This document shows, one piece after another, positions 1 through 9,967 of a stretch of DNA of 36,960 bases. How positions within the stretch are numbered: the stretch's first letter is position 1; every line of letters starts with the position of its first letter. The notes under the pieces are model-generated. The model saw only the letters and a program-made list of their open reading frames with translations, did not search any database and was not told the DNA's origin. Origin of the DNA: Candidatus Dojkabacteria bacterium (lineage in GTDB: Bacteria > Patescibacteriota > Dojkabacteria > SC72). Made by a program: the position numbers and the translations under genes. The DNA lies in contig JAAZBX010000015.1 of the NCBI GenBank assembly GCA_012513575.1, forward strand, positions 1 through 36,960, given 5' to 3'.

Positions 1-132
1 CTCTTGTAATTTTTTTTTAATAGATTCTTTCTTTGATAAGTCAACTTTCTTATTTGCTAGAGAAACTGCTCCAAAAAGAAATAATATTAGCAGGATTATA
101 ACAATCGTCATAATTAAACTCATTTGGTCCAT
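1..132 (-). CDS. Partial (3'-truncated by the window edge) small membrane-anchored hypothetical protein
   Basis: Manual translation from ATG at 132: MDQMSLIMTIVIILLILFLFGAVSLANKKVDLSKKESIKKKLQE, open to the window edge; N-terminal hydrophobic helix; overlaps the end of the upstream gene. Not in the ORF track. Confidence 0.7.
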   Translation of the reverse strand, partial: MDQMSLIMTIVIILLILFLFGAVSLANKKVDLSKKESIKKKLQE

Positions 133-2015
133 ATTTTTTTCTTTATTGATTTAATAATTAAGGTTCCAATAATAATGAAAACAACAAAAAGTAGGAGAGA
201 CAATATTTTAGTTATTATATTTATATAAAATGGAGTATTTTCTGGAATGTCTTTCTCTACATAGAATTCCGATATTAATCCAGAGGCGTTATTTGCATTC
301 CCAGATAAAAATATTTTAGAGGAGTATATTTTCTCTATTGGTATATTTAGTTGTAAATTAATGTTTTGTTTTGGGAGAATTAGAAACGAATTAATATTTG
401 TAGTGCTGTCTAGATATTTTGATATATTCGAAATATTGGACTTAATTAATGCTATATTGCTAATTGCTACAGTCCCAGTGTTTGAGATGTCGATAAATGT
501 TTTAACAAAATTTTTTGTGACATTATAGTTTTCAAAAGAAAGAGTCGTGTTTAAATTAATTACTTTCTTTACTTCTAAATCTTCCGAAAGCGAAACCTGA
601 AAGTCGGAGGGAGAGTAAAAAGAAAGGGTAGGGCTCATCGGATTTTTACCCCTTTTAAGAATCTCTATATGGTCAGGAAAAGAACTTCCAAACAAACTTT
701 TTTTAGTAAACTTTTCTAGAAATGGATCACTAATAAACCATTTCTTTTCTTTCAAATCATAATATTCCACCCAGTAATGGTAATATCCATCAGTAGTTTT
801 ATTTGAGATATCTGAGATGTAACCCAAAACTAATCTGCTTGGAATAGAGAAATATCTTAATAGGGCGATATAGTAATCAGCGAAATCAATTGGGGTTGCA
901 TTGTTACTGTCTTTTGTTATCCCTGAAGCTCCTAACCTTTTAGTTTCGATATTTCCTAAAATTGTATTTGAATTAAAATTTAATCTGTAAATGACATATT
1001 GATAAATATACCTATAAAATAAAGACTTCTCTTTATCCCCCAATAGATTAATATCAGTAGCATTCTCATTTATTTCAAGCCCTTTATCCTTCATGAAAGA
1101 TAAAAGCCTTTTTATCTCAACTTTCTCTGAAATCTCCCAATATCCCACCTGTTTTGTTAAAAAGGCCTTATCCTCAAATTCCTTGGGGGAATAGTTGTTA
1201 TCTTGTATGTACCCCAAGATATTACAATTAATAGTTTCTTTTGGTTTAACAATATAATTAAAAATGTAATTTCCGTCTTCATCGATAGATGACCAGGAAG
1301 GTAGGGGAGAAATACTTTGCCATATAATTGTCTGTCTTTCTGAGTCCATTGGTAAAATAAGCTCAAAAGTTTGACTCTCTTCAGTAGAATTTGTAAATAC
1401 TCTATTAACAGAAAATTTAAATTGAATCCCTTCAGAAAAATAAAGTGTTGTTTCTGTATTAATGGGATTTTTAACTGTAAGAACAATATTTTTTCCTTCC
1501 TGAATTTTGGAGGATATTAATTCGGAAGACCAAGAGTAATCTCCTTTTTCCTTTGGATATTTGATGATTACTTCCTTCAAAGTGCTGTCGAGAATATTTG
1601 ATTTGAAATTGTACGAAATTGAGTTATTTATATTTGTTTGGTAAATAAAGGATATTTCGAAAAATTCATTGGCTGGGATAACGCGGTTCTTTAGGTCAAT
1701 TTGAATATCTGTAAGTTCCCCTCTGCTATAACTTTTACATTCTATGACCTCTGTTTTGTTTATATAACAAGTTGGTTTAACATTAGGGGCATCAATGGTT
1801 GTAGTATATATAGATAGAACTCTAGTGGTGTTCGCTGTTAATTGAACAGTAGCAGTTGTCTCAATAGCAGAATCTCTAACTAAGTGAGAGAAGTAAGAAT
1901 TAATTTGGAAAATAGGTTCTTGTGCAAAAAGTGATGAAGGAAAAAGGGAAAAAAGTAAAAGAAAGAAACTAGTATTTAACAGAATCTTCTTTAAATAGCC
2001 AATTAAACTTTTCAT
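120..2015 (-). CDS. Exported, C-terminally anchored transglutaminase-like (TGc) domain protein, catalytic Cys apparently absent
   Basis: Signal peptide ending near SLFA-QE; TGc-like motifs DFADYYIALLRYFSIPSRLVLGY, HYWVEYY and WFISDPF; C-terminal TM helix followed by a basic tail. Confidence 0.8.
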   Translation of the reverse strand: MKSLIGYLKKILLNTSFFLLLFSLFPSSLFAQEPIFQINSYFSHLVRDSAIETTATVQLTANTTRVLSIYTTTIDAPNVKPTCYINKTEVIECKSYSRGELTDIQIDLKNRVIPANEFFEISFIYQTNINNSISYNFKSNILDSTLKEVIIKYPKEKGDYSWSSELISSKIQEGKNIVLTVKNPINTETTLYFSEGIQFKFSVNRVFTNSTEESQTFELILPMDSERQTIIWQSISPLPSWSSIDEDGNYIFNYIVKPKETINCNILGYIQDNNYSPKEFEDKAFLTKQVGYWEISEKVEIKRLLSFMKDKGLEINENATDINLLGDKEKSLFYRYIYQYVIYRLNFNSNTILGNIETKRLGASGITKDSNNATPIDFADYYIALLRYFSIPSRLVLGYISDISNKTTDGYYHYWVEYYDLKEKKWFISDPFLEKFTKKSLFGSSFPDHIEILKRGKNPMSPTLSFYSPSDFQVSLSEDLEVKKVINLNTTLSFENYNVTKNFVKTFIDISNTGTVAISNIALIKSNISNISKYLDSTTNINSFLILPKQNINLQLNIPIEKIYSSKIFLSGNANNASGLISEFYVEKDIPENTPFYINIITKILSLLLFVVFIIIGTLIIKSIKKKIWTK

Positions 2016-2703
2016 ATTTTCTTATCAATTGTTTGATAACAGTAGTTTTAGGTGTAATTCCAAACTCTTTAATTATTTTATCCATTTCTACTTTTTCTAC
2101 CTCATTCACTATTTTGTAATTTGGATTTCTTACAATTTCCTGTTTTGCATTTTTTCTAATTACATAATAAGCCATTCCACTGTTGTCATCAAGGACTACT
2201 CGAGACACAGCATTGATATAAAGAATCTCTGCAAAAATTAAGGACGAATTTTGTCTAGGGTTCACAGCAACAAAATCGTAATTAGCTGGGATGATAATTT
2301 TTTGTCCTTTTTTGGCAAGAAATTTAATAACTCTATTTTCTTTTGGAGATTTGTATTGCTGAAGGAGAATAATAGCAGTTCCGCTAAGAATTTCAATTAA
2401 CCTAGGATATTTTTTACATCTAGTTACTTTGGTCTTAACAAATTCAATTCCAGCTAAGTTCGGACTTATTGTATAAATATGTAATTTGATTTTTTTTGAT
2501 GAGAAGAGAGAATCTGTGTCAACACTGTAGTATTTTTTGTAGAATATCTCAGGACAATCAAGCTCTTTGTTAAGTAATTGTTCTCTAATGTCATCTATAG
2601 TAAAGTCTTTCTTTTTCTGAAAAGATGAATTCTTAAAGATTAATGCATCGTTTTCATAAATAATTGAAAGTCCTGTTGCTGATTTCAAGTCAATTTTTGC
2701 CAT
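1969..2703 (-). CDS. Cupin-type glucose-6-phosphate isomerase-like protein with degenerate metal site
   Basis: EFVKTK..YPRLIEILSGTAIILLQ and GQKIIIPANYDFVAVNP follow the cupin PGI pattern (E-x2-KTxGHxH..E-x-Y-x-V-x-x-G-x-A-x2-LLQ; G-x2-V-x-IPP-x-Y-x-H-x3-N), but the His/Glu ligands are missing. Confidence 0.65.
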   Translation of the reverse strand: MAKIDLKSATGLSIIYENDALIFKNSSFQKKKDFTIDDIREQLLNKELDCPEIFYKKYYSVDTDSLFSSKKIKLHIYTISPNLAGIEFVKTKVTRCKKYPRLIEILSGTAIILLQQYKSPKENRVIKFLAKKGQKIIIPANYDFVAVNPRQNSSLIFAEILYINAVSRVVLDDNSGMAYYVIRKNAKQEIVRNPNYKIVNEVEKVEMDKIIKEFGITPKTTVIKQLIRKYEKFNWLFKEDSVKY

Positions 2704-2755
2704 GAGGTATTATACCATATGAATATGAAAACATAATAAATCTCTATATAAAGGG

Positions 2756-3046
2756 TTAATCGTTGTTTCTGTAAGATTTGAGTAATTCAGAGCATACAAT
2801 CCCCGCAACTATGTAGAAAAAAAGCGAAACAATTAAAACTGAGGGGATTTCAAACTTCCAAAAATTTATTGTACTGTCTACAATCCCCTGAAACGGGGTA
2901 ATCAAAATATTACTTATGGTATTAACCCATTGGACTATTTGGTTCTCTGAATTTGCGTTAATAAAATAAAGAATTATTCTTAAACCAATAACTCCTTCAA
3001 TAAGGACACACAAAAAATAAGCAATTCTTATTATTAGTTTAATCAT
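2756..3046 (-). CDS. YggT family membrane protein
   Basis: 96 aa, two hydrophobic segments, pattern LRIILYFINAN..N.IVQWV..ISNILITPFQGI typical of YggT-like proteins. Confidence 0.75.
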   Translation of the reverse strand: MIKLIIRIAYFLCVLIEGVIGLRIILYFINANSENQIVQWVNTISNILITPFQGIVDSTINFWKFEIPSVLIVSLFFYIVAGIVCSELLKSYRNND

Positions 3047-3048
3047 AA

Positions 3049-3774
3049 TTAAATTTTTTCTAAATTATCCAAGTAATACTGTAATTCTAGCATAAATCTA
3101 GTTACTCCGTTTGCCCAAGCATGTGCGGGGCTTGCCCCACATGGGGGGCAATAAATTGGTTCGATTTGGAAAGGGTTCATATCAGTACCGTAACCCTTTG
3201 AGAATCTTTCGGTTATATGGATAATAGCGTCATCCCATGTAGTAAACATACTCCAACCATCTTCATTCCCATTGACTCCTCTCCAACCCCAAGCATTATT
3301 AGAGCCCTTTGGTGTAATATTCCCAAAAGCTGATTCCACCCCAGAAATAGAGGCAAGAAGTCTCCAGTCCAGTCCATACTTGTCCGCTTCAATTACGAAT
3401 GTTTCTGCACTTGCTGCCATGGGAGAGTGGTATGATTGAAGAAATTTGTTCATAGCAAGAACTCTAGGATCAATGGTAAAAAATTTAGTATTTGAGATAC
3501 TTTTGGATTTTAAATTCCCATCATATGTCGCCAAGTTATACTCTTTTGAGTTGGCATAAACATCAAAAACAGGAGAGAGTACATTTAGAGTTTGTTTTTG
3601 GCCTGAGCGAAGCACCAATATTATCTGTTTTGAAATGAAAGATTCTACTAGGGGCGATAGTAAAAAATAGTAAAGTACAAACAAAATAAGTAAAGCAACT
3701 ACTCTAAAAATATTAGAGCTATGGTTTGTCAATGTGGAAATGAATTTCCCTTGTTCTTCCGATTCATTTGTCAT
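3049..3774 (-). CDS. Membrane-anchored lysozyme-fold (glucosaminidase-like) putative peptidoglycan hydrolase
   Basis: TM helix, then ADKYGLDWRLLASISGVESAFG..NNAWGW and YCPP..WA..V motifs. ATG at 3774 preferred to the TTG at 3801 because a TGA-TATACT box lies 7 nt upstream. Confidence 0.7.
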   Translation of the reverse strand: MTNESEEQGKFISTLTNHSSNIFRVVALLILFVLYYFLLSPLVESFISKQIILVLRSGQKQTLNVLSPVFDVYANSKEYNLATYDGNLKSKSISNTKFFTIDPRVLAMNKFLQSYHSPMAASAETFVIEADKYGLDWRLLASISGVESAFGNITPKGSNNAWGWRGVNGNEDGWSMFTTWDDAIIHITERFSKGYGTDMNPFQIEPIYCPPCGASPAHAWANGVTRFMLELQYYLDNLEKI

Positions 3775-3809
3775 AATATCTAGTATATCAAATTGGGGCA
3801 ATTTATGTT

Positions 3810-6800
3810 ATGTTCACTCATTTACACTTACATACAGAGTATTCCTTGTTGGATGCCACAATCCGTATTTCGGATCTTATAGAGAAATTAAAGGAAAGTG
3901 GTATGAAATCTTGTGCCATTACAGACCATGGAAGCATGTATGGTGCTTTTAAATTCCAAAATGCGATGAAAGCTGAAGGTTTAAAACCAATTATTGGATG
4001 CGAGATTTATGTTGCTCCAAGGACAATGGCTGACAAGGAGCATGGAATCGACAACAATTATTTCCATTTAGTTCTTTTAGCAAAAAATCTTAAAGGATAT
4101 AAAAACCTTATAAAAATAGTCTCTGTTGCTCATATGGAGGGCTTCTATTACAAGCCTAGAATCGATTTTGAAACTTTAGCAAAGTTCTCGGATAATTTAA
4201 TAGCTACTTCTGCATGTCTTGCTGGACCAATATCTCAACCTTTACTTTCTAATGATTATGCGAAAGCTCTTGAAATGGCACAGAAGTACTCCGAAATTTT
4301 TAAAGACAATTTCTATATTGAAATTCAAAGAAATGGGATGGAGGAGCAAAATATTGTCAATGAAGGATTAATTAAAATTTCCAAGGAACTAAATCTTCCT
4401 CTGGTTGCAACGTGTGATTCTCATTATTTGAATAAGGAAGATGCAGAAATTCAAGAAATTCTTTGGTGTATTTCTGATGGACTTACGATGGATGATCCTA
4501 ATAGACGAAGAATGCCAACAAACGAGTTCTATGTTAAGACACCAGGAGAGATGGAGAAACTGTTTAGTGACTTACCGGAAGCAATTGAGAATACTCAAAA
4601 AATTGAGAATGCCATTGAAGAATACGATATTTCATTTGAAAGGGTTGAAACTAAATATTTAGATTTACCCAAAGGTGAAACTGCAAAATCATATCTCCGT
4701 AAGCTTGCTTTTGAAGGTGTTGAAAGAAAATATGGTGAATTGACAGATGATTTGAAAAATAGACTTGAGTACGAGCTTTCTATAATTCATGATAAAGGAT
4801 ATGACGACTATTTCTTGGTAGTTAGAGATTTTGTTCAGTTTTGCCATGAAAAGGATATAGTGGTGGGTATGAGAGGTTCTGGTTGTGGTTCGGTTGTCGC
4901 TTATGCTACTGATATTACGAGCATAGAACCACTTTCTTGGGAATTGTATTTTGAAAGATTCCTTAATCCTGAGAGACCCAGTCCTCCTGATTTCGACATA
5001 GATATCGCTGATAAAAGAAGAGATGAAGTGATCCAATACACTATTGAGAAATATGGAATAGAGAATGTAAAACAGATTGGAACTTTTAGTAAGCTTCAAA
5101 CAAGGCAAGCCATTAGAGATGTTGCAAGAGTTATAGGGATTGACCTTAAAATTGCCGATACACTTTCAAAGATGGTTGAGATTGTTTTTGGTAAATCTAA
5201 GGGAATTGATTACATGATAGAGAAAAACCCAGAATTCGCGGAAATAATAAATTCTAGTGAAGAAACGAAACATTTAGCTGAAATTGTAAGAAAGATTTCA
5301 GGATTATGTAGGGGGGTGTCAACGCATGCTTGTGGAATAATAATTACGCCACAACCTGTTGTTGAATACTGTCCAATACAAAGAGATGCACACAATGAAG
5401 GGATTGGGATGACTCAATATGAGATGTTTGATATTGAACCACTAGGATTAATGAAATATGATTTCTTGGGTCTAAGGAATCTTCATATAATTGGTGCAGC
5501 TCTACAAAAGATTCATAGAACTACGGGAGAGAAAATTGACCTAAGAAAAATCGATTTTAATGATAAGCAGGTATTTGATTTAATTAAATCTGGTAATACT
5601 GTTGGAATTTTTCAATTAGAGAGCGAAGGGATGAAAAGGACAATAAGAACACTCGAGCCAGAGAATTTGGAGGATATTTGCTACATTCTTGCAGCATATA
5701 GACCAGGGCCAATGCAATATATTACTGAGTATCAAGCTGTAAAAAAGGGTAAACAAAAACCCGACTATATTTTCGATGAATTGGAGCCAGTTCTCTCTGT
5801 TACAAAGGGGGTAATTACTTACCAAGAGCAAGTAATGAAAATAGCTCAAGTAGTAGCTGGTTACTCTTTGGGAAAGGCAGATGTGTTAAGAAGAGCTATG
5901 GGTAAAAAGAAGCCAGAGGTAATGCAGAAGGAAAAGCCCGCATTTATTCAAGGAGCTAAAGATAATGGATTTGACGAAGATAAGGTTGAAAAACTTTGGG
6001 ACAAGTTATTGCAATTTGCAAACTACGGATTTAACAAAGCACATAGTGCATCTTATGCAACAATTTCATACTGGACAGCTTATCTTAAGCAGCATTACCC
6101 ACTTCAATATATGGCTGCACTTCTTGAAGGAGATCTAGAAAAGTTTGACAGGGTAATTCTAGATTTAAAAGAATGTAAACGAATGGGAATAAATGTGCTT
6201 CCCCCCAATATTAACAAGAGCGGTTACTATTTTACGGTAGATGATAAAAATAATATCTGGTTTGGTTTGGGAGGGATAAAAAATATTGGTGATGATCTTG
6301 TAAAATCAATTATTTCTGAAAGGGATAATCATGGGAATTTCCAAAATTTAGATGATTTTGTTCATAGAGTTTTTGATAAAGTAAATAGAAAAGCTATTGA
6401 ATACCTAATAATGGCTGGTGCGATGGATGGATTTGGGAACAGATTGGACCTACTGAAAACACTCCCCATAATTTATGAAAAGGAAAAAGACATCCAAAAG
6501 TCATCAAAAGTAGGTCAATTTGATTTTTTCTCACTAAATAATAGTAATAATCAAAATAAATCCTTTGTTGCAAGTCCTTTAATTCATGATACTGAAACTG
6601 ACCCAAATGTAATACTTCAGTGGGAAAAAGACCTCTTAGGATTATATTTCTCAAGTCATCCACTTGATTCTTTGCAAGAGTTGTTTATCTCAAAAAATGT
6701 CATTACTATGGAAGATGCTTTAAATAATAAGAAGAATAATCAATTCCTTATTTTGGGAATAATGATTACAAAAATAAGAAGGATAACAACTAAAAAAGGT

Positions 6801-7208
6801 GACAACATGGCTTTTTTAAGCATTGAGGATCAAACAGGAAAAAACGATGCCCTTGTTTTCCCAAGAGTATATGAAGAGATCAAATCTAGCCTTAAAGAAA
6901 ATGTTCCAGCACTTTTAGTCGGGAAAATGAATGTCAGAAATGGCGAAAAGAGTATTGTGGTAGAGAAAATTAAAATAATTGACCCGACTAAGCATAATGC
7001 GGTATTTGAAGGAATAACTTTCAGGATTACTCCGGAACATTCTGTTGAGCAAGTTACACAGCTTAAAAAATATATAGCATCCTCAAAAGGAGAGAGCTTC
7101 GTTAGGATAATAGTAAATGATGGCACAAAAAATTCTGTTGTCAAATTAAAAAAAACCATAAATAATGATAGCGATACTAAACATTGGATGGATATCTTCC
7201 CAGCTTAA
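3810..7208 (+). CDS. dnaE: DNA polymerase III subunit alpha
   Basis: PHP motif HLHLHTEYSLLD, AITDHG, RGSGCGS, FERFLNPER..PDFDID, KYDFLGL, YGFNKAHS, C-terminal OB fold; 1132 aa with no intein-sized insertion. Confidence 0.98.
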   Translation: MFTHLHLHTEYSLLDATIRISDLIEKLKESGMKSCAITDHGSMYGAFKFQNAMKAEGLKPIIGCEIYVAPRTMADKEHGIDNNYFHLVLLAKNLKGYKNLIKIVSVAHMEGFYYKPRIDFETLAKFSDNLIATSACLAGPISQPLLSNDYAKALEMAQKYSEIFKDNFYIEIQRNGMEEQNIVNEGLIKISKELNLPLVATCDSHYLNKEDAEIQEILWCISDGLTMDDPNRRRMPTNEFYVKTPGEMEKLFSDLPEAIENTQKIENAIEEYDISFERVETKYLDLPKGETAKSYLRKLAFEGVERKYGELTDDLKNRLEYELSIIHDKGYDDYFLVVRDFVQFCHEKDIVVGMRGSGCGSVVAYATDITSIEPLSWELYFERFLNPERPSPPDFDIDIADKRRDEVIQYTIEKYGIENVKQIGTFSKLQTRQAIRDVARVIGIDLKIADTLSKMVEIVFGKSKGIDYMIEKNPEFAEIINSSEETKHLAEIVRKISGLCRGVSTHACGIIITPQPVVEYCPIQRDAHNEGIGMTQYEMFDIEPLGLMKYDFLGLRNLHIIGAALQKIHRTTGEKIDLRKIDFNDKQVFDLIKSGNTVGIFQLESEGMKRTIRTLEPENLEDICYILAAYRPGPMQYITEYQAVKKGKQKPDYIFDELEPVLSVTKGVITYQEQVMKIAQVVAGYSLGKADVLRRAMGKKKPEVMQKEKPAFIQGAKDNGFDEDKVEKLWDKLLQFANYGFNKAHSASYATISYWTAYLKQHYPLQYMAALLEGDLEKFDRVILDLKECKRMGINVLPPNINKSGYYFTVDDKNNIWFGLGGIKNIGDDLVKSIISERDNHGNFQNLDDFVHRVFDKVNRKAIEYLIMAGAMDGFGNRLDLLKTLPIIYEKEKDIQKSSKVGQFDFFSLNNSNNQNKSFVASPLIHDTETDPNVILQWEKDLLGLYFSSHPLDSLQELFISKNVITMEDALNNKKNNQFLILGIMITKIRRITTKKGDNMAFLSIEDQTGKNDALVFPRVYEEIKSSLKENVPALLVGKMNVRNGEKSIVVEKIKIIDPTKHNAVFEGITFRITPEHSVEQVTQLKKYIASSKGESFVRIIVNDGTKNSVVKLKKTINNDSDTKHWMDIFPA

Positions 7209-7213
7209 TTAAT

Positions 7214-7222
7214 TGGTATAAT
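7214..7222 (+). promoter_or_regulatory. Extended -10 promoter (TGGTATAAT) 5 nt upstream of the uvrC start
   Basis: TGG-TATAAT-CAGGA-ATG. Confidence 0.65.
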
Positions 7223-7227
7223 CAGGA

Positions 7228-8709
7228 ATGAATATATCGAAACTTGAATATCTTCCTCAAAAAACTGGAGTTTACAAATTCTATAATAAAGATGGAGTCA
7301 TAATATATATAGGGAAAGCTTTAAATCTTAGAAATAGAGTTTTATCCTATTTTAATTCCTCTTTAAATGATCGTCCCTATGTAAAGAAAATGATTCCCCT
7401 TATTACTGATGTGAAAGTAATTGAAACGAATAATGAGATAGAATCCTTGGTTCTCGAATCAACGTTAATAAAAAAGTATAAGCCCAAATTTAATAGTGAT
7501 TTAAAAGACGACAAATCTTATGTATGGATTTACATTTCTACAAAGGACACCTTCCCAACAGTAAAGATAGTAAGAAATATTAACACGGAAGATATGAGGA
7601 AAGGAAAACTCTTTGGTCCTTACCCAAATTCATCTTCAGCCAAAAGGGTTTTTACATATTTACGAAAACTTTATCCTTTCTGTACCTGCTCTAAAACAAA
7701 ATTAGGAAAAGAGAAAAAATGTCTTTATTTACATTTGGGTTTATGTCCGGGACCGTATCAAGGTTTAATATCAAAGGAAGAGTATAAAGAGAATATTAAT
7801 GAAATTATTGCATTTTTAAAGGGAAAGAAAAGAGGACATATCCTTGAACTTCAAAAACAGATGAGAGAATATTCTATTAATGAGGAATTTGAGAAAGCTG
7901 CGAAATTAAGAGATAAAATAGAGGATTTGAACTACTTGGGAGAAAATATCGATTTTGCGATAAATGATACAGAAGAAAGCTATACTGAGAGAAGGAAAAA
8001 ACTTTTATTAAAAAACTTCACCCAGCTCAAAGAGGAATTAAAAATTCCGAAATTAAGTAGAATAGAGTGCTATGACATTTCGAATATACAGGGGAAAGAA
8101 GCATATGGCTCTTTAGTTGTGGCAGAAAATGGAGAAATCGTTCGAAATAAGTATAGAATTTTCAAAATCAAATCACTCGATACGCCAAATGATATGCACA
8201 TGCTAAAAGAGGTAATTGCACGCAGATTTGATAATAGAAATGCATCAAAATATGAGAAGAATCCAGAAGTTGTCTTAATTGATGGAGGTTTAGCACAGCT
8301 CTCAGTTTTAGAACCTTTTGTACCAAAAGGGATAAAGCTTTTAGGTATTACCAAAGGAAGAAAATACAAAAGGAAAGGAGGCAGGCTCTTAGATGAGTTT
8401 TGGGAGATTAGCAGAGCTACAGGGGAAGTAAATAAGATAAAGTTATCGAACAAAGAAATACTAATTGATTTAAGGGATGAAGCACACCGTTTTGCAATTA
8501 TTCATCACAGGAAAGCAAGAATAAAAAGTGGGTTGCAATCAGAAATTCTTCACATTAATGGGGTAGGGCAAAAGAGTAAAAAGAAGTTATTGTTGAAATT
8601 TAAATCTATCAATAATTTGAGAAAGGCCAGTTTTGAAGATTTAAATAAGGTTTTAAATAATAGAAAAATTAGTTCAGAAGTGTTTAACCATTTTAGAAAT
8701 AATAACTAG
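7228..8709 (+). CDS. uvrC: Excinuclease ABC subunit C (short form)
   Basis: GIY-YIG domain (GVYKF..IYIGKALNLRNRV), Cys cluster, UVR motif EFEKAAKLRD, RIECYDISN, LIDGG..Q, LRDEAHRFA and HhH (GVG). Confidence 0.95.
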   Translation: MNISKLEYLPQKTGVYKFYNKDGVIIYIGKALNLRNRVLSYFNSSLNDRPYVKKMIPLITDVKVIETNNEIESLVLESTLIKKYKPKFNSDLKDDKSYVWIYISTKDTFPTVKIVRNINTEDMRKGKLFGPYPNSSSAKRVFTYLRKLYPFCTCSKTKLGKEKKCLYLHLGLCPGPYQGLISKEEYKENINEIIAFLKGKKRGHILELQKQMREYSINEEFEKAAKLRDKIEDLNYLGENIDFAINDTEESYTERRKKLLLKNFTQLKEELKIPKLSRIECYDISNIQGKEAYGSLVVAENGEIVRNKYRIFKIKSLDTPNDMHMLKEVIARRFDNRNASKYEKNPEVVLIDGGLAQLSVLEPFVPKGIKLLGITKGRKYKRKGGRLLDEFWEISRATGEVNKIKLSNKEILIDLRDEAHRFAIIHHRKARIKSGLQSEILHINGVGQKSKKKLLLKFKSINNLRKASFEDLNKVLNNRKISSEVFNHFRNNN

Positions 8710-9812
8710 CTTCTTTTGTTATCTAAGGGTTTGATATTTGTAAATACTGTCTCAAAATATGTTCCTGTAGTTGGAACACCATCAAGAATGTAAACTACTC
8801 CTCTGTAGGGATCTACAATTACCGCAATTTGATGTGTACTTTCAGCACAAGAGATCTTGCCTTTTAGTGCTCTCGCATACTCAGTATAAGCAAGCTCAGT
8901 TCGAGAAATTGCACAATTATTACTCTCTGATTGTTTGTTTAGTAATTCTATGTACAAGTCAAGAAAATAGTCTAGGCCTTTATCAGAATAATTTCCAATA
9001 GGAGTTAAAGAAATTTTTTCCTCTCCACCTATCTCTTTTAAATCCATTTTTCTTAGGTTGTTAAATTCAGAAACGGAGTAGGAAATAATATACTCCTTTG
9101 GTACTTGTAATACCCAAGGAAAATCAGGAAGTAAGTCTTGAACACCTTCTGTAGCTAGAAGTAAATCCCGTTCAGTTTCATTTTTTACTCTTTCTGCTAA
9201 ACCTTCATTTGCGTCTTTCACAGTGATGCTTTCGTACCAAATATCATTGTATTTTGAGAATATTCTTAAGCCCTTATCATCTTTAACCCAATACTGACCA
9301 TTTTTCATGGTTTCAGAACCTTCAGGGACAGTATTTACAAGGTTCCAACCAAGTAGCGGTAATTTAGTATTATAATAATCAAAAACTTCGGTTAAATTGC
9401 TTTTAGGTAATAATCTGTATGCGGAATTTCCGTTACTTAAAAAATTCCTTACCATCTCATTGTCTATATCCCCTTCGAAAATAAAGTGGGAGTTTGGGAA
9501 AATAGGAACATCTTTCATTCCGACAACTTCACCTGTCTCTATATCTAGGAGAGAGGTGTTTTTTCTAAGATTAGATACAAAAAGAATAGAAAAATAAATA
9601 AGACCTATTAATGAACCTGCAACCAAGATAAGCAGAAATAATTTAATTAAGAATTTTGAAGGTTTTTTACCTCCTTTGCTATTTTTTACATAGCTCACTA
9701 ATTTACTCTTAGTTCTTTTTTTCTTAAGGAGTTTAGTATCAAAAGATTTCCTTTTGGGCAAATAGATGTTCTTTGAGAGTTTCTTTTTAGTAAGGTATTT
9801 ATCTTTTGGCAT
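8706..9812 (-). CDS. Hypothetical single-pass membrane protein with Lys-rich N-terminus and large extracytoplasmic domain
   Basis: Long ORF. The track start (9884) overlaps tRNA-Gln, so ATG 9812 (MPKDKY) is preferred; it has a TGC-TATTAT box 7 nt upstream. Confidence 0.75.
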   Translation of the reverse strand: MPKDKYLTKKKLSKNIYLPKRKSFDTKLLKKKRTKSKLVSYVKNSKGGKKPSKFLIKLFLLILVAGSLIGLIYFSILFVSNLRKNTSLLDIETGEVVGMKDVPIFPNSHFIFEGDIDNEMVRNFLSNGNSAYRLLPKSNLTEVFDYYNTKLPLLGWNLVNTVPEGSETMKNGQYWVKDDKGLRIFSKYNDIWYESITVKDANEGLAERVKNETERDLLLATEGVQDLLPDFPWVLQVPKEYIISYSVSEFNNLRKMDLKEIGGEEKISLTPIGNYSDKGLDYFLDLYIELLNKQSESNNCAISRTELAYTEYARALKGKISCAESTHQIAVIVDPYRGVVYILDGVPTTGTYFETVFTNIKPLDNKRS

Positions 9813-9873
9813 ATAGATAATAATAGCATATGATACAATTATATATATAGATAATGTATAATACGTAGTCTTT

Positions 9874-9944
9874 TGCGGGATCATCTAATGGTAGGATACC
9901 GGCCTTTGAAGCCGAGAATCATGGTTCGAATCCATGTCCCGCAA
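9874..9944 (+). tRNA. tRNA-Gln (anticodon TTG)
   Basis: Acceptor TGCGGGA/TCCCGCA, anticodon arm CCGGC-CTTTGAA-GCCGA, T-arm CATGG-TTCGAAT-CCATG; CCA not encoded. Confidence 0.95.
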
Positions 9945-9967
9945 TTTCTATTTTAAGAAATAGTTTT

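Noticed and set aside
9874-9944. tRNAs lacking encoded CCA and a C-A mismatch at the top of the tRNA-Gln anticodon stem
   Set aside because: Both are common in bacterial tRNAs; no duplicated tRNA 3' end indicating an integration site was seen.
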